From Minutocellus sp. GHC0000111 (Eukaryota), in contig OZ361256.1 in assembly GCA_977018835.1 (NCBI GenBank), positions 2,418,001-2,482,000 of the forward strand: a stretch of 64,000 nucleotides of DNA, given 5' to 3'. This document shows positions 56,351 through 64,000 of this stretch, piece after piece. The notes beneath the pieces were generated by a model. The model worked only from the letters and a program-made list of their open reading frames with translations, was not told the origin of the DNA and searched no databases. Made by a program: the position numbers and the translations under genes. Position 1 is the first letter of the stretch. Each line of letters opens with the position of its first letter.

Positions 56351-59300
56351 ATGAGGCGGCAGAGACCGGTGTGGCTGTCCTCCATCAAGCCGCAGAACAT
56401 TGTGTACGATGTCGAGCATGATGAGTATCGCGACATTCGGTGGAGTGAACAGCCTGACCAGCTGGCGCAAGAGCGGAAAGACCGGCGGATCGAGCGTGAT
56501 GAGGTCCAAAGAAGGATGACTGCGTCCGCATTACCAGAGATGGATGGAGGAGATCTGGATGGTAGCGATGACGACAGCTTCTACTCTATCAATGAAGATT
56601 TTGAAGAAGAGGACGGGGAGGACAGCGAAATGGATGAAATGTTGTTCTTCGATGCAGCCTCTGCTATTAGCCTAAGAAGTAGTAGAGCAGGTAGCGGGCC
56701 CAACAGTACAGTCGCTGGAGTCTTTGCCCAATCAGACATCATGACGGATGACTTTCTGAGCTGCAGAGGGTCAATCAGTGAAAGCACGCTTGGCAGTGAT
56801 CAAGTTGGCATAGCGGGTGGAGATGATAACATCGACCGAAGTGCTGCGTCGTTGCCAATGTCAATACCAGTGCCGGCACCGGTACCTATGCCACCACAGA
56901 CCAACGGAATAGAGAAGAATGAACCCGACGAAGTCGATGCCGAAGTTATCGAAAAGGCTTCGTTATCTAGATCGGCGAAGAAGTTATTATCGATGGGAAA
57001 TCACATAATAGACACCAATGTTTATTTGCTGGAAAGGCTATCCAACCGCACAGTCCTTTCGATCATGACCGCATATTACATCACATTCTGTGTGCTCATC
57101 GTTTACAGTCTTGTTTATGTTTACAACGAAAGCGAACGGACGGACCAGGTGGCTATTGTACCGGGCGTAACAAACAGGAGCACCGCGGGAGGCTATAATG
57201 AGACTGCATACATCTGCTTCCCCCGACCTCAAGTGAATGACACTGGAGTGAAACCGGTACCTAATCCCGAGGTTGATGTTACACAGCCCACAAATGGCAC
57301 CTGTGTACCCAACACTGCTGTTACCGTCGGCGAGGCGGTTCTTCTTGCAAACACGGCTGTGGTCTCTGAAGGTATTGAGGTATCTGATTGGCGAGGGAAT
57401 GGTGCTTTGCCAGGAACGCCTCCCTTCTTTGCACAAAGCATCACACCGCCATCTTCTTTCATCATCGAGGCTTCGGCTCTCGACTATGACGCCAACCCCG
57501 AACTTCATGCGAATTGGGAGGATATCAGTGCGGCAATTTGGTATGGGCATTCTCCGGACAGTAACCAAGTGACGCAGGGTATAACGCAGGCTACTCTAAC
57601 TTGGCAATTTCAGCGAACAGATGGTCAATCATGGCCGGGTGACACCTATGCCGGTCAACGCTCACTTGTACGCCTGTACCAGAGGGGCGAATTGTAGCAA
57701 CGTGGGCAATTATCGCCAACAATTACTCCAGCCAGCATTCGGACCCTCATATATCATCTATCCAAGGCAAAGCTTAGATGCAACAGGTCTTATTTATTCG
57801 ATTACCTTTGATATGCCCAACTCCCTGGTTGCCTCGGATGCTATCCAAGCTTGGGCATGGAGATTTGTTTTGCACAGTGATCCAAACGGAGCCATAAGTT
57901 CATGCCTTACAGGTGATGATCGCTGTATCATCAATACTTCTGTCGAAAGCGCTAGGTCTGACAATCGGGTCATGGCAATCATCAATGCAATTTTTCTTGT
58001 GTTTTACACCACCTTCTTTCTGTGGTGGATTGTTACTCTGCTCATTTTCAATGGATGGCCCTGGACGTGGCCCGTGGAACAACGATGGCTCCTCATGTTG
58101 GGCCTTGGCCTTTCATTCTACAATAATGTGTATTCCGTTGCTCTGGAGGTAGCAGCATCGTATCGAGATTCGTACATTTTCGACGAGATTCACTGTTTTG
58201 CATCAACTTCATGCGCTCAGTTTGGCAACACGCTAATTATTTTTTCTCTTGCGGTATTTGCAGATAGTCCAAGGCATTTCGTTGCCCCGTTTGCATCATT
58301 CTACTGGCCAAAGATGTGCTATTGTTTTGTGTACTTTCTTTCAATGACAGTGGCACTGCTCTGGCGTTACCCCCAGCTGACTGCACGGGACCAACCTGGT
58401 TCTGATACGGAAATCGGTGGCTTGGGTTTCGTAACGGCACCAATTACCTGGCCTACGTATGACAAGGTTGTTGTCACAGGCGCCACGCTTGTCGCCAGTG
58501 TTTGCATCGGGTTGGGTTTCATTTACTACATTGTTCGTTGCCTAGTGACGCAAAGGGTACTTTCAACTCTGCCCTACAACATGACGCGACCCGTCCAGAT
58601 TGCATTCCGATTCTTCATCTCTGCTACTGCGATCTGGATTTTTGCTGAATTAATAATGTTTACTCTGAGTGTCTTGACGGGTATTATCAAGACACTACAA
58701 TATGATGGCTTTGAAACGGACGCCCCGTTGTTTGATAGGGTAATTACTGGATTGGATGAGCTTCGATTCTTCACAAAGGATAGATCCCCCGTCACAGTGG
58801 TGTTTGGTGCCATCTTCATCGCTATATTTCAATTCCTTTTCTCGCCACCCTCCGCTCTCGGTCCTGTAAAGGCTACAAAAACTCACTATGTGACCGAGAA
58901 AGAGGCTACCGAGGCCAAGACAAAACGTCGTCTTGGTTTCAGAGTCCCGACCGATTCAATGATCCTCGAGAGGGCTAGGTTACTCGTCATATGCTCACGT
59001 GAAGTATATTTGCCTTTCGAAGATGAATTTGATAAGGAGTCAGACAGAGACAAGATTGACCTGGAAGCTGGAACGCCGAATAAGCGTACTACCCCTCGTT
59101 CGCCCAAATACAATCCCCTCGCTGACTCATTCATCCCTATTGATCTAAATCCCAAGTTGGCAAGTAAGGCTCGAATTGCTGGCTTTCGTCATGGCATTGA
59201 AGGCCGCCCCGTCCCCAAGGGTTCGGCATTTGGAGCTGGATGCCGCGCCGTGGCATACATTTCGGAACCGAAGGGGCTCAACATACACGACACACGGGCT

Positions 59301-60374
59301 CTGCTTCTTCGACACGAGCCTTCCGGCGCTCTCATCCTCTCGTTTAGAGGCACAGCGTCGATGAAGCATGTCAAAACAGATCTGATGACTCATAAGGTTC
59401 GTGTGTCCCTGGATACATTCCTCGCGATTCCGTCGAAGCGCGAACAGGCTCGTCGTCTTATGCACTCTATTGTCCCGGATGCGGTAGAAAAGAATTTGCT
59501 GGCAGGTGGCAAAGAGAAGGTGGTTATATATGATCTCCTGCACGTTGACGGTGAAGAACTCCCGGACTATCTGCAATCTTCTACTAAAAGCAATGAGGAA
59601 GTCCCCGGGCTGGGCGTCGGTCGTCTACACTTTGGCTTTTACAGTTCCTACTGTAGAGTGAGAAAAGTAATTCACCAGCGAGTCCGTCAAGAATTAACAT
59701 CAAGGCCTGGCCCCCTTTACATCACTGGCCACTCCCTCGGTGGTTGCCTTGCCACCGTTTGTGCTTATGACGCTGCCCGATGGATTCTTCCAACAGTAGA
59801 AAATGATCTACGAAAGCTCGGAAGGCCTTCAGAAGCTGATAAGTTGACTCTCTCCATGTATTCGTACGGTGCTCCAAGACCAGGAGATCGTCTTTTTGCT
59901 CGAGCGTACGACCGATTGGTCAAGGATACTCAACGGATCGTTTGTGATGGGGACGTCATATCGAGCGGGATGCCTACATGGATGAATTATGCTCATGTAG
60001 GAATGGAGGACATCTTCGACTATACTGGCAGCATCAGGGTTAACCCTTCTGTTGTCGAACAGGCAACACTCAAAAAGCGAAATTCTCCCGAAAGGCACTT
60101 CATTTCCAACTACGCCAAGGTCATCAAGCTTGCCCGTCAACCAGCAATTTCGGTGCTGGAGCTCTTGAACGCATATGGTATAGAGAGGATCGTGGAAGAT
60201 AAAATGAAAAGGGAGAAGGCGGCCAAGAGGAAGAGGAAGAAGGCAAAGCCACCTGAACAGGCATCACCTACGAGACAAGATGTCCCATCGCCACCAACTC
60301 CTCCGCCTTTGACAGAACCCCGGTCAAATGCATTTGATATTCTCTATGGTTGGATACATGTACCATTATTCTAA
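56351..60374 (+). CDS. Multi-pass membrane protein (Wntless/TMEM181-like TM domain) fused to a class-3 lipase; frameshift at about 57620-57690; 5' end uncertain
   Basis: TM helix and N-glycosylated luminal region, then about 7 TM helices (EQRWLLML...FYNN, FYWPK). The lipase part shows ILSFRGT, HFGF, YITGHSLGG, YSYGAPRPG and DGDVI...H. Confidence 0.75.
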
Positions 60375-60409
60375 TTTAGCTAGCTTTAGACCCACCATTT
60401 TGCTTTTAC

Positions 60410-62965
60410 TCACGTAAAACGCTTCAATGTCTGAAATAATTTTTCTTCGGGGCCTTGGCCAGATTGGAATTTGTGTTTACCAGGTACTACCTCCTTTTCG
60501 TGAATTTTCAATGCTAGTCTCGTTCCCATATCGATTGCTCTTTTGGCGTCGAGTTCGCCGGCCTCGTAGGCCCCTCCGATGAGGTATACCTTCTCGGCAA
60601 GCGGCGTTCCTTCAGCTTCCTTTTCAAGTTCCTTTTTGGAGATCTGACCGGCGCAGACCACAATGTTGTCCACGTCGAGGACTCTGGTCTCGGCCTTGTC
60701 TCCTTTGCCAATGGTTATGTGCAAATTCCCATCTTCATCGACCTTATCGTATGACACAGATCCAATCATTTCCACCGATCCTGACTTTGCCAATGTCGCT
60801 CGGTGGATCCAGCCAGTGGTCTTGCCGAGGCCGGCACCAAGCTTGCCCTTCTTGCGCTGCATCAAGATGATTTGTCTCTTGGGCCGGTGGATGCTTTCAT
60901 CTGGTTTGGCTTGGCCACCGCGCGATGAGTTCTGTGGGTCCACACCCCACTCTTTGAGAAAATCTTGGCTGTTGGTTTCGTCGGCGGTAAGATCATGATC
61001 GGCATTGCCGTCGTGATGGATAAGATATTCAGCCACATCGAATCCGATTCCGCCGGCGCCGATAATGGCTACCTCTTCTCCTACTGGTGCATTATGACGA
61101 AGAACGTCAATGTACGACAGCACATTGGGATGTTCCAGGCCGGGAATAGGTGGTACTCTGGGATCGACGCCGGCCGCAACAATCCACTTATCAATTTTAC
61201 CATTCGCGCTTGCACTCTCCATATCATCATGAGTCATTTCGGTCGCAAGCTTCATTTCGAGCTTGCCCTTGCGTTCCAACTTGGCCAGTTGGTGTCGAAA
61301 GTAGCGAATTGTCTCATGGAATTCCTCCTTGCCAGGGATGCGCTTGGCCATGTTGAATTGGCCTCCAATTTCGTTGCTCTTATCATATAGCGTCACATGA
61401 TGGCCAATGGTTGCTGCCGTCGTGGCGAACGCCATGCCGGCCGGTCCCGACCCAATCACACCGATGCGCAACCGTTCGGTGGGGGCGATGGCCTCCTCCT
61501 CAACCTTGAGTTCCGTTTCATGGCACGCCAGCGGATTGACGAGGCAACTTGCCGTCTTACCAATAAAGGCATGGTCCAAGCATGCCTGGTTGCATGCGAT
61601 GCACGTATTGATGTCATCAACATTGCCCTCTCGACTCTTTTTCACAATGTTGGGATCAGCCAGAAATGGTCGAGCCATGGACACGAGGTCGGCATCTCCA
61701 CGTCCAATCACCTCGTCGGCCACGTGTGGAGCATTAATGCGATTGGTCGCACATAGTGGTACGTCGACAATCTTCTCCTCTCTCATCTTGCGCGTTACCC
61801 ACGCAAAGCTCGCCCGGGGAACGCTCGTGGCAATGGTCGGAACTCTGGCTTCGTGCCAACCGATGCCGGTATTGATAATTGTGGCACCCGCATCTTCAAT
61901 GGCTTGGGCTAAGAGTTTCACCTCCTCCCAGGAACTGCCATCCTCCACCAAATCCAACATGGACAGACGGAAGATGATAATAAAGTCCTCTCCGACGGCG
62001 GCGCGGGTCTGCCGCACAATGTCCACCGCAAAGCGCATGCGGTTGGCAAAGTCCGGTCCGCCGTACTCGTCGGTGCGCTTGTTGGTCTTACGGACGAGGA
62101 ACTGGTTGATCAGGTATCCCTCGCTGCCCATAATCTCGACGCCGTCGTATCCGGCCCGCTTGGCCAGGGTGGCGCACCGGACAAAGTCGGCGATGGTGCT
62201 CTGAATGCCCGCCAAACTCAGCTCCTTGGCGGGGAAGGGCGATATGGGACTCTTGGTGGCCGACGCCGACACGGCGAAGGGGTGGATGGCGTACCGGCCG
62301 GTGTGCAAGATCTGCATGCAGATGCGGGCTGGTTCCGTCGTGCTAGTACTGGAGCCCATTGGCCCACTGGGAATCCGCACCGAATGCACCGCGTCGGTCA
62401 CCATCTTGTGACGTTCCATCTCCACCTCGCTGTCCATCTTGGCTGCGAAGGGTCCGACCCACCCGGCCTTGTTGGGGCTGATACCACCCGTCACCATCAG
62501 TCCGACACCGCCCTCGGCACGAATTCGAAAGTATTCGGCCATGCCCGACAAGTCGTCGTGCGTCACGTCCGGTTTGAGCAGTGGCATCAAGAAGGAGGGG
62601 ATGGAATGTCCCTCGAGGCCGGTGTGCATGCTCCCCATCAGAACACGGTTGGGCAAGGTTCCGATGTGCGGACCGAGGGATAGCGGTTCGAACATGTGAG
62701 GAAAGTATGGGGCTGTATTTGTGCTTGATGTAGTATCGGCATCGTCGATGTCCACTTCGTCTGCTACAGCTGCTGCAGTGGAGGATAATGCCGGCAGAGA
62801 CGCCTTGACACCAAAAGAACGACTGGGGGTCGTTGATGATGGATGCGTTGAGCATGTCAGGAACTGCTTCCTTGTGCCGGATCTCGTCGCGGCGACGCAG
62901 GATGATGCGCCGCTTCTGGCATACAAGAGCCGCCTTGCAGCTACAGCCGCAGGGGACGAGGGCAT
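60410..62965 (-). CDS. fadH: 2,4-dienoyl-CoA reductase (NADPH), bacterial FadH-type FMN/FAD/4Fe-4S, with mitochondrial-type presequence
   Basis: NRVLMGSMHTGLE, QILHTGRY, GYDGVEIMGSEGYLINQF, NTGIGWHEARVPTIATSVP, CIACNQACLDH, GLGKTTGWIHR and ELDAKRAI. Confidence 0.93.
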   Translation of the reverse strand: MPSSPAAVAARRLLYARSGASSCVAATRSGTRKQFLTCSTHPSSTTPSRSFGVKASLPALSSTAAAVADEVDIDDADTTSSTNTAPYFPHMFEPLSLGPHIGTLPNRVLMGSMHTGLEGHSIPSFLMPLLKPDVTHDDLSGMAEYFRIRAEGGVGLMVTGGISPNKAGWVGPFAAKMDSEVEMERHKMVTDAVHSVRIPSGPMGSSTSTTEPARICMQILHTGRYAIHPFAVSASATKSPISPFPAKELSLAGIQSTIADFVRCATLAKRAGYDGVEIMGSEGYLINQFLVRKTNKRTDEYGGPDFANRMRFAVDIVRQTRAAVGEDFIIIFRLSMLDLVEDGSSWEEVKLLAQAIEDAGATIINTGIGWHEARVPTIATSVPRASFAWVTRKMREEKIVDVPLCATNRINAPHVADEVIGRGDADLVSMARPFLADPNIVKKSREGNVDDINTCIACNQACLDHAFIGKTASCLVNPLACHETELKVEEEAIAPTERLRIGVIGSGPAGMAFATTAATIGHHVTLYDKSNEIGGQFNMAKRIPGKEEFHETIRYFRHQLAKLERKGKLEMKLATEMTHDDMESASANGKIDKWIVAAGVDPRVPPIPGLEHPNVLSYIDVLRHNAPVGEEVAIIGAGGIGFDVAEYLIHHDGNADHDLTADETNSQDFLKEWGVDPQNSSRGGQAKPDESIHRPKRQIILMQRKKGKLGAGLGKTTGWIHRATLAKSGSVEMIGSVSYDKVDEDGNLHITIGKGDKAETRVLDVDNIVVCAGQISKKELEKEAEGTPLAEKVYLIGGAYEAGELDAKRAIDMGTRLALKIHEKEVVPGKHKFQSGQGPEEKLFQTLKRFT

Positions 62966-63283
62966 GGTGGGGGTGCTTGGCTATGCTGTATTGGTAGTCA
63001 GGTGTAAAGTGATGGCATCAGAAGATCGGCGGCCATCACCATTTTTGTTCTTTGGCGCCGCATCGACGCGCCTCGCTTGATGGCTCTTCTAACTGTGTCA
63101 CGGCCAGTGACACGAAATGTGAGATGGCTGTGCGACCTGATTTCAGGGTCATTAAAAATCCACGTTATTTTAATAAGCAAGAGAGATTCGATTCGCGACG
63201 CCGGCGAAGGCAAGATGGCTGTGGCGAGCCAATAATTACGTGCCGGTATCTTGCCTCGGCGCTCCACCAGCAGCCGAGCCGCC

Positions 63284-64000
63284 ATGTCTAGTACCGACGA
63301 GGAAGACTTTGCCTTCGACCCGACGCCAGTGCTGACACCGCAGCGCGCCTCCAAGATTGAAGCCGACCTCCGAAGCAGCATGAGTTCCAGCCAGCACGGC
63401 ACTGCACCTACCGCCGCCGCCCAAGATCCCGGTGCCTCCATCACCTTTGGACCGGGCTCCAAACAGCACAGGCGCGTCCAGAGCGACCGTCCCGACGCCA
63501 TCTCCCGACCCAGCCTGGCGACCGCGGCCACCCGTCGCCAATCCGTGTCAGTAAATGATATCGCGGCGCGAGAGTCGGCCCTATCGGCCGCCGGTGCCTT
63601 TGGCATCACCCCGGTGGGAGCCGCCAACTACACCGGCGTCCACTGCCGCCGGGGGCTGCGCAAGATGCTCAAGAAGGAGCGCGGCCTCAAGAGGTTCAAC
63701 TACCAGCCGACCCCGGCATCGTCGCTGACTGCGCCGAGCGATGCCGATCTGGCCACGCTCAGCGAAGATTCGCCCCTCGTGGGTGGCGGTGGCACCCTCC
63801 GAAGCACCAAGTCCGACGACACAGATGGCGGCAGCCATCACGAGTTTGACGACGTCGGTGTGCTCAAGGAGATGATTACCGGCAAATCCATCAACATTTT
63901 GCTCTTCTTCATTCCTCTGGCTGTGGCCTCTCATCATCTCGGATGGTCACCCGTGGCGGTATTCTGGCTAAACTTCATGGCCATGGTACCCCTGGCCAGT
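63284..64000 (+). CDS. Ca2+/H+ antiporter (CAX/Vcx1-type), 5' part; runs off the window
   Basis: Open frame from ATG 63284 to the window end. A long hydrophilic N-tail is followed by INILLFFIPLA...VFWLNFMAMVPLAS, typical of CAX TM1-2. Confidence 0.75.
   Translation, partial: MSSTDEEDFAFDPTPVLTPQRASKIEADLRSSMSSSQHGTAPTAAAQDPGASITFGPGSKQHRRVQSDRPDAISRPSLATAATRRQSVSVNDIAARESALSAAGAFGITPVGAANYTGVHCRRGLRKMLKKERGLKRFNYQPTPASSLTAPSDADLATLSEDSPLVGGGGTLRSTKSDDTDGGSHHEFDDVGVLKEMITGKSINILLFFIPLAVASHHLGWSPVAVFWLNFMAMVPLAS

Overview
Eukaryotic nuclear DNA, most likely from a diatom. The evidence is short GT-AG introns, compact intergenic spacers, bipartite plastid-type presequences, diatom-type 'RGLE' and 'REY..NP..GP..LGW' hypothetical families, a diatom-type myosin and an NRT2. 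About 27 gene loci are present: WDR75/UTP17, a winged-helix + DEDDy exonuclease + Ycf45/SpoIIIAA ATPase fusion, myosin, an RGG RNA-binding protein, an SNF2 relic, a bacterial Tmm-like FMO, F-box/LRR, HEAT-repeat, GST, NRT2, ClpB/Hsp101, RAD5, a CPBP protease, an EEVD-ended signal-peptide Hsp70, SERRATE/ARS2, SpoU, Sel1-MYND, a Wntless/TMEM181-like + lipase-3 fusion, FadH and a partial CAX. The most striking property is that about 12 genes carry disabling lesions while their neighbours are intact. The lesions include six in-frame stop codons, several apparent internal deletions and single-base frameshifts, which suggests a decaying duplicated block or degenerate haplotype; assembly error may explain the homopolymer indels. 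A 2.7-kb TIR-bounded (CAGCTG...CAGCTG|TA) decayed DNA transposon and a strong excess of TA-flanked palindromes (TACATGTA) in non-coding DNA are also present. Family assignments come from recognised motifs, not database searches.
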